From Candidatus Poribacteria bacterium (GTDB lineage: Bacteria; Poribacteria; WGA-4E; WGA-3G), in the NCBI GenBank assembly GCA_963665235.2, contig CAXXLX010000002.1:416001-480000 (forward strand): DNA of 64,000 bases, in the 5' to 3' direction. The notes under the pieces are model-generated. The model was given only the letters and a program-made list of their open reading frames with translations, did no database searches and had not been told where the DNA came from. Position numbers and translations under genes: made by a program. Below, piece after piece: positions 20,404 to 30,155 of this stretch; position 1 is the stretch's first letter; each line of letters starts with the position of its first letter.

Positions 20404-20442
20404 AAAAAAAGTGTTGACAAAAAAATTTAAGTTTGGTATTAT
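20404..20442 (+). promoter_or_regulatory. Sigma70 promoter of the NUDIX operon (direct repeat copy 2)
   Basis: TTGACA-17-TATTAT, 10 nt upstream of ATG 20453. Confidence 0.75.
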
Positions 20443-20452
20443 AGATTGTACA

Positions 20453-20881
20453 ATGTATTGTTACGATTATCCTCGCCCTTCGGTTACTGTTGATATTGTA
20501 CTCTTGACAGATGCGTTTCCGCGTCCTGAGATACTGTTAATTCAGCGTAAGAACGCACCGTTCAAAGGATTTTGGGCATTGCCGGGGGGATTCATAGAGA
20601 TGGATGAAACGCTTGAAGCCACCGCCCTTCGCGAGTTACATGAGGAAACAGGACTATCAGATGTCCACCTACGCCAGGTGGCGACCTTCGGAAATCCGGA
20701 CCGAGACCCCCGGGGCCGTGTGATTACCGTCGCTTACGTTGGCACTGTTAAAAAGATGGAACAGAGGGCTATAGCTGGGTCTGATGCCGCAGAGGTTGCC
20801 TGGTTTTCAACCGACAATTTACCACCCCTGGCATTTGACCACGGCGAGATAATCCAAAAAACGTTGGAGGGATTAGCATGA
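20453..20881 (+). CDS. NUDIX hydrolase
   Basis: Nudix box GGFIEMDETLEATALRELHEETGL; RDPRGR; LAFDH. Confidence 0.93.
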   Translation: MYCYDYPRPSVTVDIVLLTDAFPRPEILLIQRKNAPFKGFWALPGGFIEMDETLEATALRELHEETGLSDVHLRQVATFGNPDRDPRGRVITVAYVGTVKKMEQRAIAGSDAAEVAWFSTDNLPPLAFDHGEIIQKTLEGLA

Positions 20882-21210
20882 AACACTTCGGCTTAACGTT
20901 GAACCTCAAAAACGACGCGGCACTTATAGAAGAGTATAAAGCATATCATCGCGAGGCATGGCCGGAGGTATTGGATGCCCTAAAAGCGGTCGGCATAACG
21001 AAAATGAATATTTACCTGCTCGGGTGTCGTTTGTTTATGGCGATGGAGACGGTTGATACGTTTAATATGGAAACCGATTTTCCGCGTTATCTCCGAGAAC
21101 ATCCGAAGTGCAAGGCTTGGGATGAATTGATGCGAACGTTTCAAGAACCGGTGGCGGAAGCGCAGGAAGGCGAATGGTGGGCTCTGATGGAACCGGTCTT
21201 TGAGCTGTAA
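20878..21210 (+). CDS. L-rhamnose mutarotase-family protein
   Basis: EEYKAYH...WPEV...GITKMNIY...WDELM. Confidence 0.8.
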   Translation: MKHFGLTLNLKNDAALIEEYKAYHREAWPEVLDALKAVGITKMNIYLLGCRLFMAMETVDTFNMETDFPRYLREHPKCKAWDELMRTFQEPVAEAQEGEWWALMEPVFEL

Positions 21211-21236
21211 CACACAAAAAAGGACGCGCCTCTTCA

Positions 21237-22073
21237 ATGCCCATAACTTTTCTATCTATCGGTCATTTTTGTTATGATGTTTCGCCAGAAGGCTACCTGC
21301 TCGGTGGTTCTGCAGCCTATGCTACACTGACTGCACGGAACCTCGGACATTCTGCCCGGGCGGTTACAGCTGTTGGCCCGAACTTCCAGCGGGAAAATTG
21401 TCTGTTGGATGGCATTGAAATCGTCTATCAGGAATCACCTGAAACAACGGTCTTTGATAACCGCTATGATGAAATAGGGCATAGACAGCAATTTATCTTA
21501 GGCACAGCGCGGAAACTACACGGAACAGATGTCCCCGCTAAATGGCGGACTACCGATATAGCCTACTTATGTCCAATTGCAGATGAGGTTTCCGCAGAAA
21601 TTGTCCACTGTTTTAGCAAGAACACCTTAATAGGCGCGACACCGCAAGGATGGATGCGCCGCTGGGACACTAACGGTAAGGTTCAAGTTGCACGATGGCA
21701 GACCGCCGAAGATATTTTGCCTTACATTGAGGTATTAATTCTAAGTGACGAAGATTTGCGCGGCTATCCAGAGGAATTGGATAAATACATCCGATTAACC
21801 CCGATTGTCGTACTAACAGAAGGTGCAAAGGGCGCGACGCTTTTTCAAAACGGGACACAAGTAGAATCAACAGCCTATCCTGCTACAGAGGTTGACCCGA
21901 CAGGCGCGGGCGATGTGTTCGCAACCGCTTTCCTACTCGACTATTATCAAACCCGTTCTGCACGGAAGGCACTCAATTTCGCACACTGTGTAGCTTCGTT
22001 TTCGGTCGAAGGGGTAGGAGCAACCCGGCTCCCGAAACTTACACAGGTGATGGCGCGCTTGAAACAGGTTTGA
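21237..22073 (+). CDS. PfkB-family carbohydrate kinase
   Basis: LGGSAAY; VDPTGAGDVF. Confidence 0.9.
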   Translation: MPITFLSIGHFCYDVSPEGYLLGGSAAYATLTARNLGHSARAVTAVGPNFQRENCLLDGIEIVYQESPETTVFDNRYDEIGHRQQFILGTARKLHGTDVPAKWRTTDIAYLCPIADEVSAEIVHCFSKNTLIGATPQGWMRRWDTNGKVQVARWQTAEDILPYIEVLILSDEDLRGYPEELDKYIRLTPIVVLTEGAKGATLFQNGTQVESTAYPATEVDPTGAGDVFATAFLLDYYQTRSARKALNFAHCVASFSVEGVGATRLPKLTQVMARLKQV

Positions 22074-22195
22074 AGGGAATCGACTTATAGGTGTATAGAC
22101 TAATAACTTTTGTAGGCCGGGTTGACTGAAGAGAAACCCGACACTGACTACGAACATGGACAGGACAAATAGCAATTCTTAATAAGGTAAAAATA

Positions 22196-23083
22196 ATGAC
22201 GACAATTAGTTATGACTTCATCGCATTCAGCAGCAGAACTTCAGCAACCGGTTGGAACCTCGGAATGAGGGCAATCCAAGGCGAAGTACCATTGGACGTT
22301 GTCATACCGAGCTTGAATGTATCACGAAATGTCGATAATAAGGAAATAGTCGGTGTCCTAACAACTGAGGGAACAGCACGAGAGAGTGACGATGCCCTCG
22401 AGCTTTACCGATATCTTCGGCGATTGAACCCGAAAACGAGTGACGCATTCGGATACAATGAGGTAGTCATTCGTAATATCCATAACCGACTCGGGGCATT
22501 GAACGTCGGGCAGGAACTCCAGGTCCAAATTACTTACATCGAGCGGAAAGGACCGTACACACAAATCTCATATAACCTCAAGTTGTTAGGGGTCTTCGAT
22601 ATTGGCACACCCGAAGAAACCGAGCCCGACGAAATGCCGGAAACACAGACTGCCGATACGGAACCACAGGCAAGCATACCCGCAATGAGCGCGGACCCCC
22701 CTGTTTATAAAACAACGAATACGTTAGAGAAATTAATCGTCTTTACGCAAAACCTGCAGCAGGAACTAACCGAGCTACAGGGAAAAGTTTCGGTGATGTC
22801 AGAGAAAATCCGGCAGTTAGAATCTGACAGACAACACTACATGGAACTGCAAAATCTGCTTCAAGACATTGTGGAACGGCTCAACTATCTGGAAACCTTC
22901 GACCAACGTATTGCCACCCTTGAAAACAACCGGGACCACATCGACAAACTAGAAAAAACCTTAACAACGTTTTTCAGAACCTCCCATCGGCAAACGGAGG
23001 CACTACTTAAAGAGGTCGGAGAACAGATGGATGACACCAATAACGCAACTTCTTATGCAGACGACGAGGAGGCCCCCGCATGA
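22196..23083 (+). CDS. Hypothetical protein with C-terminal coiled coil
   Basis: 295-aa ORF coupled to the next gene (ATGA overlap); heptad-rich C-terminal half. Confidence 0.6.
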   Translation: MTTISYDFIAFSSRTSATGWNLGMRAIQGEVPLDVVIPSLNVSRNVDNKEIVGVLTTEGTARESDDALELYRYLRRLNPKTSDAFGYNEVVIRNIHNRLGALNVGQELQVQITYIERKGPYTQISYNLKLLGVFDIGTPEETEPDEMPETQTADTEPQASIPAMSADPPVYKTTNTLEKLIVFTQNLQQELTELQGKVSVMSEKIRQLESDRQHYMELQNLLQDIVERLNYLETFDQRIATLENNRDHIDKLEKTLTTFFRTSHRQTEALLKEVGEQMDDTNNATSYADDEEAPA

Positions 23084-23880
23084 TGAAAATTGGTACCATG
23101 TCTTTAAATGTCAAAGGCACCACAGCAACCGATTTCGCCCAAATCGTATACGACCTCGGCTTTGACGTGATTGAACTCCACTCAAGTGCATTTGAATCTA
23201 CCGATGCCGCATACTTACGTGACCTGAAACTTAACCTCATGCGGAAGGGTTTACCGCTCGGATACATCGGTATCAGCAACAACTTCGGTAAACCTATCGC
23301 TGAACACCCCGAACAGATTGCCCTGATAAAAAAATGGATTGATGTCGCTGCTTTTATGAGCTGCCCCCTCGTTCGCGTATTCGCCGCTTATGTCCCCGCA
23401 GATTGTGAAGATGAGGAAACTTTGTGGCCCCCGATGATTGACGGTTTCAAGGAAGCCGCCGAATACGGATATGAATCCGGTATCCTCGTCGGACTGCAAA
23501 ATCACAATCACAACAACGTCACGCGAGATGGCGATGCCGTTTTACGCGCATTAACCGAAACCGACCACCCCTATTTCACACATATCTTGGATACTGGACA
23601 ATACGCGGGCTCCCCAGGCGCAAGTGGACATCGCGGCTCACCGCACCCAGATTACGACTGCTATGCCAGTATCGAACAGACAGCCCCGCACGCTGTTTAT
23701 GTCCGCACCAAGTTTTATGAAATTGATAGCGGCGTAGAGGAATGGCTGGACTATCCCCGGGTTTTGGACATCTTGCGAGCGGTCGGCTATAACGGCTGTC
23801 TTTCCGTTGTCTATGAAGGACAATCCGACCCGATTGAATCCATGCGGAAGGCGAGAAGTTATCTGGAGTCCTTGCTATGA
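23080..23880 (+). CDS. Sugar phosphate isomerase/epimerase (TIM barrel)
   Basis: GFDVIEL, LQNH, ILDTG, GYNGCLSVVYEG. Confidence 0.8.
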   Translation: MMKIGTMSLNVKGTTATDFAQIVYDLGFDVIELHSSAFESTDAAYLRDLKLNLMRKGLPLGYIGISNNFGKPIAEHPEQIALIKKWIDVAAFMSCPLVRVFAAYVPADCEDEETLWPPMIDGFKEAAEYGYESGILVGLQNHNHNNVTRDGDAVLRALTETDHPYFTHILDTGQYAGSPGASGHRGSPHPDYDCYASIEQTAPHAVYVRTKFYEIDSGVEEWLDYPRVLDILRAVGYNGCLSVVYEGQSDPIESMRKARSYLESLL

Positions 23881-24980
23881 AAACGCGTACCGCTGTTATG
23901 TATCAACATAATCAACCTGTCGTCGTTGAGGAATTGGAATTGGAGGAGCCCAAAGCAAACGAAGTGCTCGTCCGAACCGCTGCAAGCGGTGTCTGCCACT
24001 CCGATCTCTCCGTTGTCACGGGGGCTATCTATTACGATGCCGCCGTCGCACTCGGGCACGAAGGGGCTGGCGTTATTGAACGTGTAGGCGCGGATGTGAC
24101 AGGTTTTCACCCAGGCGACCATGTTATCCTCTCCTTCGTCAGTTATTGCGGCGATTGTCCGATGTGTCATATAGAAAAGGTGTGCCTCTGCGAAAGCTAC
24201 GATGTACCGCGCGGTTTTCAATTAGATGGCACCTATCGACTCTATAACAGCGCAGGTGACGGTATCCTTCAGATGGCGCGTATTGCAACCATGTCGGAAT
24301 ACATGGTGGTACCACAACAAAACCTTGTCAAAATTGACCCGCAGTATGCATTAGAAAAAGCGGCACTTGTCGGATGTGGTGTAACAACAGGCGTTGGTGC
24401 TGTTCTGAACACGGCAAAGGTAGAGCCCGGCAGTGCTGTAGCGGTTATCGGCACGGGCGGAGTCGGTTTAAACGTTATTCAAGGGGCAGGGCTTGCACAA
24501 GCAGGTCCGATTATCGCTGTTGATATTTCGGAGAAGAAGCTTAACTTCGCGAAAAATTTCGGTGCTACGGACACTGTCAACGCTGCCGAGGTTGACCCTG
24601 TTGACGCTGTTCGTGAATTGACAGATGGACGCGGTGTAGATTACGCGTTTGAGGTCATCGGAAACCCAGAAACGATTGTTCAGGCTTACCGCATGGTGCG
24701 TGCAGCAGGCACCGCGGTGATTGTCGGCATGGCACACCATCAAAAGGAATTCAGCATCCCCGCACAACACTTTGTCTCAACGGAAAGACAGCTCATCGGG
24801 TCGTTCTACGGGTCGTGTCACCCCCGAGTCGATATGCCGAAACTTCTCAATCTTTATACAGAGGGAAAATTGAAGTTGGATGAGCTAATTACACGTCACT
24901 ATCGGCTCGAACAGATTAATGAGGCGTTCGCAGACATGGAGGCCGGTGAAAACGCCCGCGGGGTTATTGTTTTCAACTAA
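23877..24980 (+). CDS. Zn-dependent alcohol dehydrogenase
   Basis: GVCHSD, GHEGAG, CGDCPMC...C, GCGVTTG, GTGGVG. Confidence 0.95.
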   Translation: MKTRTAVMYQHNQPVVVEELELEEPKANEVLVRTAASGVCHSDLSVVTGAIYYDAAVALGHEGAGVIERVGADVTGFHPGDHVILSFVSYCGDCPMCHIEKVCLCESYDVPRGFQLDGTYRLYNSAGDGILQMARIATMSEYMVVPQQNLVKIDPQYALEKAALVGCGVTTGVGAVLNTAKVEPGSAVAVIGTGGVGLNVIQGAGLAQAGPIIAVDISEKKLNFAKNFGATDTVNAAEVDPVDAVRELTDGRGVDYAFEVIGNPETIVQAYRMVRAAGTAVIVGMAHHQKEFSIPAQHFVSTERQLIGSFYGSCHPRVDMPKLLNLYTEGKLKLDELITRHYRLEQINEAFADMEAGENARGVIVFN

Positions 24981-24987
24981 ACACAAA

Positions 24988-25767
24988 ATGGCAAATTCTA
25001 TACATGCATCAGTCCGAAAACAGTTCAGTCAGCATGCCGACTATTATGCACAGAGCAGCGTGCATGCCGAAGGTGATACCCTTGAGGTTATCCTCAATTT
25101 TGCGGACCCGAAGGGTACAGAAAAGACGTTGGATATAGCCACCGGCACAGGCTTTACCGCCTTCGCGCTTGCACCCAAAGTGGAGCATGTCGTCGCCACG
25201 GACCTCACCCCGGAGATGGTAGGGAAAGCCGCCGATTTGGCACAGGAACAGGCAATACGAAACGTTACGTTCTCTGTCGCTGCTGCGGAGGCTTTACCCT
25301 TTGCAACCGCTTCGTTAGATTTAGTCACCTGTCGACTTGCACCCCATCATTTTCAGGATGTGCCCGCATTTTTGCGCGAAGTTTATCGCGTCCTACGGAA
25401 AGATGGACTGTTCTGTATGGTCGATTCCGTTTCGCCTGAGTCGGAGAGATTGATAACGTGGCAAAACCGCGTGGAGACGTTACGCGACGAATCCCATGTG
25501 TATGGATACCCCCCATCGCAGTGGGATGCGATGATTACGGAGGCGGGATTTGAAATTGAGGAGACTGCACACACACGAAATGCGTTGATGTCCTTTTTGT
25601 GGTGGGTGCGTCCGCAGAAAAATCCGCCGGAGCTGGTCCGGAAAATCCGTGAGGCGTTCGCTGAACTTTCGCCTGATGATGCAAAAACCTATTATACAGT
25701 TGAACCCGCAGGGGATGATTTCTACTTTTCGTGGCCGATGTATGCGGTTAAGGCGCGGCATCTGTAA
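24988..25767 (+). CDS. Class I SAM-dependent methyltransferase
   Basis: LDIATGTG, AEALPF, CRLAPHHF. Confidence 0.9.
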   Translation: MANSIHASVRKQFSQHADYYAQSSVHAEGDTLEVILNFADPKGTEKTLDIATGTGFTAFALAPKVEHVVATDLTPEMVGKAADLAQEQAIRNVTFSVAAAEALPFATASLDLVTCRLAPHHFQDVPAFLREVYRVLRKDGLFCMVDSVSPESERLITWQNRVETLRDESHVYGYPPSQWDAMITEAGFEIEETAHTRNALMSFLWWVRPQKNPPELVRKIREAFAELSPDDAKTYYTVEPAGDDFYFSWPMYAVKARHL

Positions 25768-25791
25768 TTGAGATTCGCCTGGCAAAAGCTA

Positions 25792-27312
25792 TCATCTGTC
25801 CGCTTGCCTTGATTCCAAACCCACCAAGGTGTTCCTTCCTTTATTCGTTAAACGGTACTTTTGTAGACGACTTGTAGGTTTATCCGGCAGCGTATATTCA
25901 ATCATCGTATCCTTTAGCAGTGCCTGAACAACTTTATTGAGCTGACCGGAGATTTCTTTCTGTCCTAAACGTTTGGACATTTCAGATTTTTGCAGTGGCC
26001 CCTTAGCGAGCAGGACCAACACTTTTGATTTAAGCCCCTTATGCTGCGACTCTGGCTGCGACTCTGGCTGCGACTCTGGCTGCCCCGAAATCTGATTCGC
26101 CTGTGTAGCACGCCAAATCGTCGTTGTGAACCCGTGGCTTGTAGTGAACTCGGGCTCTGGCAAATCAGCGTCTATACACCGACGAATCATGTCCACCGTT
26201 CCCGTTCCTAACCGCTCAATGTATTCGGTGAGGTACAACGCTTCTGCAAGCAGCGGATTATGTGGTATTGATGGATGGGCTACACGTAACTGGGCCAATG
26301 TTAGCGGCGGTGGAAGTCTACCAGGGTTCCAGACCTCCAACCGATCTGTGAAGAGCATGACTTGGACGCTGCCATTACTGGTATAATCCCGATGTGCTAC
26401 GGCGTTGACAATGGCTTCAGTTACAACTTCCTTCGGAATTTCATAAGCGACAGGTGCTTGTACGCTTTCTGCGCGTGTCCCGACCCACAAATTGATCTTG
26501 CTAAGTACAAAATCCACCGTCTGATCTACAAGTTGGAACGCAGTCCCTTTGTAGACTTGGTAAGATGGAATCGGTTTAGCGACCTCTGTTCCGTGGAAGT
26601 GTGCACACCTGACCTCGGAGGAGATAAGAAATCGTTGTGGTGATTTTCCGAACAGTAGCATCGCCGCATTCGTAGGGTTACCATCATTCAAGAGATTGAG
26701 ATGCACAAGCAATTCCTCGATTGATGCATCTTCAGGCAGCGGGAACGCTCTAGCAAAACGGGCTCTGCGGATAAACCGGCGCATATTCTCTGAGTCAAGG
26801 TCAGCTAACGTTGCCTTCGTACAGGGGGCAGCATCAAAAGGCACGGAACGGACAAGCTCTTTGCTATCCAAGTATTCAACTAGTGCAGCATAGAGGGCCG
26901 TTACTAATTCTTCCGACGTGTTGAACCGCTTCCGAATTAGTCCAGTTTGTGCTTTACGGATGAGTGTCTGCATCTTTGGATGCCGCTCATCATCGTTTGT
27001 ACCTTTTACGAAAATCAGACGATGAACACCAGAAGCAGTCGCCTGATCGAACTCCCGTTCTGTCGGTGATATGCCATCCGCATCCTCTGACCCGTAGTCG
27101 TTCCCGAATAGTCCAACATAAATATCAGACTGCTCAACCTTGTCCAGATAGAGGTTATCCGGACGGCGATCTAATGCCGGAACATCTTCAAACAGAAAGA
27201 CATCAAAGAACCGTCGCATCAACGGGTCGGCGCGTAGGTAGTCGCGTAGTGCTGCGCGTTCTTGTGCGAATTCTCTTTGTACACTGCTGATGAAAATATG
27301 TATGGTGTTCAT
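25792..27312 (-). CDS. DUF4062 + HATPase_c_4 (RecG-C-like) + wHTH protein
   Basis: IFISSVQREFAQER, SPTEREFD; EAIVNAVAHRDY, NPG, GTG; QPES x3 linker; SRLQKYRLT. Confidence 0.8.
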   Translation of the reverse strand: MNTIHIFISSVQREFAQERAALRDYLRADPLMRRFFDVFLFEDVPALDRRPDNLYLDKVEQSDIYVGLFGNDYGSEDADGISPTEREFDQATASGVHRLIFVKGTNDDERHPKMQTLIRKAQTGLIRKRFNTSEELVTALYAALVEYLDSKELVRSVPFDAAPCTKATLADLDSENMRRFIRRARFARAFPLPEDASIEELLVHLNLLNDGNPTNAAMLLFGKSPQRFLISSEVRCAHFHGTEVAKPIPSYQVYKGTAFQLVDQTVDFVLSKINLWVGTRAESVQAPVAYEIPKEVVTEAIVNAVAHRDYTSNGSVQVMLFTDRLEVWNPGRLPPPLTLAQLRVAHPSIPHNPLLAEALYLTEYIERLGTGTVDMIRRCIDADLPEPEFTTSHGFTTTIWRATQANQISGQPESQPESQPESQHKGLKSKVLVLLAKGPLQKSEMSKRLGQKEISGQLNKVVQALLKDTMIEYTLPDKPTSRLQKYRLTNKGRNTLVGLESRQADR

Positions 27313-27337
27313 AATGATTTAGTGTTGAGTCCTATGA

Positions 27338-28888
27338 CTACTCCCGCCACTGTTTTAAAATTCTCTGTAGCTCATTCGCAAGGTACCGGATGTCACTCTC
27401 TCTTTGATCTGCCTCTAAACGTGCAACGATCCGGCAGATTTCCGATGCCTCTCTACGTAAGTTCTCGGAGAGGCTCCGAAATTTGTTTTTTGCAATCTCT
27501 GATGGCGAATCGGATGCCAAACTGTATATTGCATCCAACTGGTTCATTAAGTTAGACAAACCTGCTCGTGTGTTTCCGAGTCGTTCGATTTCTGCGTCAG
27601 GAATGTATTTTAACCGCTCCCAGACCCAACTTTCGGGGGCTCCACTACCGGGGAGAAATAGTATGGACACAGTAATTTTTGCAGCGTCTTGTATTTTAAA
27701 CGCGATTTCACCATTTCTCTGGTCACCATCGAGAACGAAAACAGTATTTTGAATCTGACCGAATTTTCTTAGCGTCTCAGCGTGTATCGGAAATTGGCTT
27801 GCCGCTGTATCTCGTCCAATGCGGATTGATTCTCTGTTCATTCCCTCTTGTGGGAGTAAAAAGTCAAATATACCTTCCAAGATACCTTCAGCAATTTCAT
27901 CTTCACAGAGCAGCTTGAGCATCTCGCTGGAGCGTCCGTAGAGCGTGTTCTGAATTAAGTCACGATATGCCGGGCGCACCACAACCTCGCCTGACGCGTC
28001 GTCTCGGTCAAGAAAAATCCGGCCGTTGGGTGGTACCGAGTCGAGAACGGCCGGACTGTGTGAGGTTACGATGATTTGAAGATCATTGCGGAGTGCCAGT
28101 TGCTGTAGATGCAACATGAGTAGTTGCTGTACCCAAGGATGCAAGCCTGCTTCGACGTCGTCAATCAGGACAAGCGCACCTTTGAGTTCTGTGATGTCTC
28201 GCGACAGTCGCAGGAGTGCGCGTTCCCCCGCCGCCATGTGTAGTTCAGAGTATGCCGCGCCACCTTTTTGGGCAGCAAAGAGCAGATTTTTGTTGCCACT
28301 AGCCAAACTCACCACCTCCGAATATCTGAAAGGGAGCATCTGATGTGCAAACTCGATCTGTGCTGATGTCAGTGGCGTTTCTTCTGGTTCGGATTTCAGA
28401 CGTGACATACTGAGAACACCGCTCACCTCCGAGGGGTTCCTTAGATTGCTAAGGATTCTGAGATAGACCGGCCGCATCGGTTGACTGGCATTTTTACGAC
28501 CGAAAAAGCTACGGCTCCACCCCTTGGCACGTCGCCATCGCATGGAGGTATCGCCTTCAGGAGTCTGGTAAGAGAACTCCATTGTAACCGTTTGCTGCAT
28601 ATCTTGATGTCTTCCGAGTTTAGGACGATAATCGGGGAAGAGCGTGGACGGGACAAATTCCTTAACGCCCGCACCTGACACCTTATACGCACACGCTGTG
28701 GCAAAAAGGACCGTTGACTTGCCAGTCGTATTTCCACCAGCAATTACACTTACTGGGTAATCAAATGGGACTCTTAAGTTATTGAATCCACGGATACCAT
28801 CCAAGCGGATTGCCGACAGAAAATGCGGTAAATGCGGTTTCTTGCCTTGCAAATTTCTCCCGAGTTCTTCTAAGCGTCTCTCAATCAT
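27338..28888 (-). CDS. OLD-like ABC ATPase with C-terminal Toprim-like domain
   Basis: Walker A GGNTTGKST, signature MAAGE, Walker B LIDDVEAGLHP, TSHS, CEDE, VLDGD. Confidence 0.8.
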   Translation of the reverse strand: MIERRLEELGRNLQGKKPHLPHFLSAIRLDGIRGFNNLRVPFDYPVSVIAGGNTTGKSTVLFATACAYKVSGAGVKEFVPSTLFPDYRPKLGRHQDMQQTVTMEFSYQTPEGDTSMRWRRAKGWSRSFFGRKNASQPMRPVYLRILSNLRNPSEVSGVLSMSRLKSEPEETPLTSAQIEFAHQMLPFRYSEVVSLASGNKNLLFAAQKGGAAYSELHMAAGERALLRLSRDITELKGALVLIDDVEAGLHPWVQQLLMLHLQQLALRNDLQIIVTSHSPAVLDSVPPNGRIFLDRDDASGEVVVRPAYRDLIQNTLYGRSSEMLKLLCEDEIAEGILEGIFDFLLPQEGMNRESIRIGRDTAASQFPIHAETLRKFGQIQNTVFVLDGDQRNGEIAFKIQDAAKITVSILFLPGSGAPESWVWERLKYIPDAEIERLGNTRAGLSNLMNQLDAIYSLASDSPSEIAKNKFRSLSENLRREASEICRIVARLEADQRESDIRYLANELQRILKQWRE

Positions 28889-29124
28889 GAATTAGTATTC
28901 CTTCCGATACCTTTTGATGTCTCTTTCGTTTGTATCGGTTCACCGACGTGTCGAGTTAGATACTCAAGAACCTCCTCTTGCATTTTTTCTATTTCTGCCC
29001 TGTACCCACTCGAAACGAGTGAGAATTCTTCAGCGGAGGCTTTAGCACGCAATTGCAAAAGTAAGTCTTGAAAATAGGCGATACGTTGTTGACTGGTTTT
29101 GAGTTCCTTATCATTTTGAATCAT
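28885..29124 (-). CDS. Small helical protein coupled to the MNT-like gene
   Basis: 79 aa; ATGA overlaps at both ends. Confidence 0.7.
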   Translation of the reverse strand: MIQNDKELKTSQQRIAYFQDLLLQLRAKASAEEFSLVSSGYRAEIEKMQEEVLEYLTRHVGEPIQTKETSKGIGRNTNS

Positions 29125-29561
29125 TCTCTCACCTCTATAATGCCACGAAGGGTCCCATCGCGTTTGACTTGCCAGCTTGCTATAAACTCATCAATGGTTT
29201 CTAAAAACAGCAATGATGGACGTATCCAGAAGATACTGGCACCAAATTCGTTTTCTGTTTGTTGATGGTTCAAGAGTTTTTTGACATCATCACTACAAGC
29301 TGCTATGTCAAAATCGTCATCAAAGATAATGACGACATCTATATCGTTCGGTTTCGGTTTTGCCGTAATATAACTCCCGAAAATAAGTAATTGCTGAAGG
29401 TGCCCCGTTTCCTTAGCAAGTTGGTAGATGCGTTGCAAACGCTGAGTCACAATTATGCGTCGTTCTGTTCCGCTACCAAATTGAGCGATGACTTCCTCAA
29501 TCGTTGCTGGGTGTACTCCTTCTGGCAATTCACCCTCAGGATTCAGATTAGGTAATGGCAT
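29121..29561 (-). CDS. Nucleotidyltransferase-like protein (DUF6932-type)
   Basis: GELPEGVH; IFGSYITAKPKPNDID (GS...DxD motif). Confidence 0.8.
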   Translation of the reverse strand: MPLPNLNPEGELPEGVHPATIEEVIAQFGSGTERRIIVTQRLQRIYQLAKETGHLQQLLIFGSYITAKPKPNDIDVVIIFDDDFDIAACSDDVKKLLNHQQTENEFGASIFWIRPSLLFLETIDEFIASWQVKRDGTLRGIIEVRE

Positions 29562-29634
29562 TCAATACCTCAACGTTGGTACACACAATTTGTACGGGTT
29601 CTTGTTGAAATCACACTATATTGCATATGTTACG

Positions 29635-30149
29635 TAACGTGAATTTGATAATAGATGTCCGTCTGCACTAACCTCTATAAACATATCGTCCCTACGGGAC
29701 TAAGGCAGGGGGGAGGGCACCTATTTCTATAAACATATCGTCCCTACGGGACTAAGAGGCGGTGGGGAAACGTCTGATTCTATAAATATATCGTCCCTAC
29801 GGGACTAAGTGGTCTGCTCGCTAAGATTATATCGTAAAATAGACACGCCATAATCACAGGCACAGTGCGATGTCCCGGCTATTATCTGGAAATTCAAATA
29901 ACATAAGAATTTACCGAGTGAACCACTAAGTGGTCTGCTCGCTAAGATTATATCGTAAAATAGACACGCCATAATCACAGGCACAGTGCGATGTCCCGGC
30001 TATTATCTGGAAATTCAAATAACATAAGAATTTACCGAGTGAACCACTAAGAGGTGGGGCGGAAACGCCTGATTCTATAAACCTGTCGTCCCTAAGAAGC
30101 GGGTTTTTCACCCGAATACTAGCGGAAAACTTTTTCCAAACTCACGTTA
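29635..30149. mobile_element. MITE family B carrying REP units and a family C dimer
   Basis: TIRs TAACGTGAATTTG / CAAACTCACGTTA; internal CTATAAAYATATCGTCCCTACGGGACTA units; ends shared with 37348 and 59696-59848. Confidence 0.7.
29810..30046. mobile_element. Tandem dimer of a 116-bp MITE (family C)
   Basis: Identical 29810-29925 and 29931-30046; imperfect TIR TGGTCTGCTCGCTAA / TTACCGAGTGAACCA; CTAAG before, between and after. Confidence 0.85.
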
Positions 30150-30155
30150 ACCTTA

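Noticed and set aside
26044-26082. 12-bp tandem repeat as a phase-variation switch
   Set aside because: The unit is a multiple of 3 (QPES linker), so slippage keeps the frame
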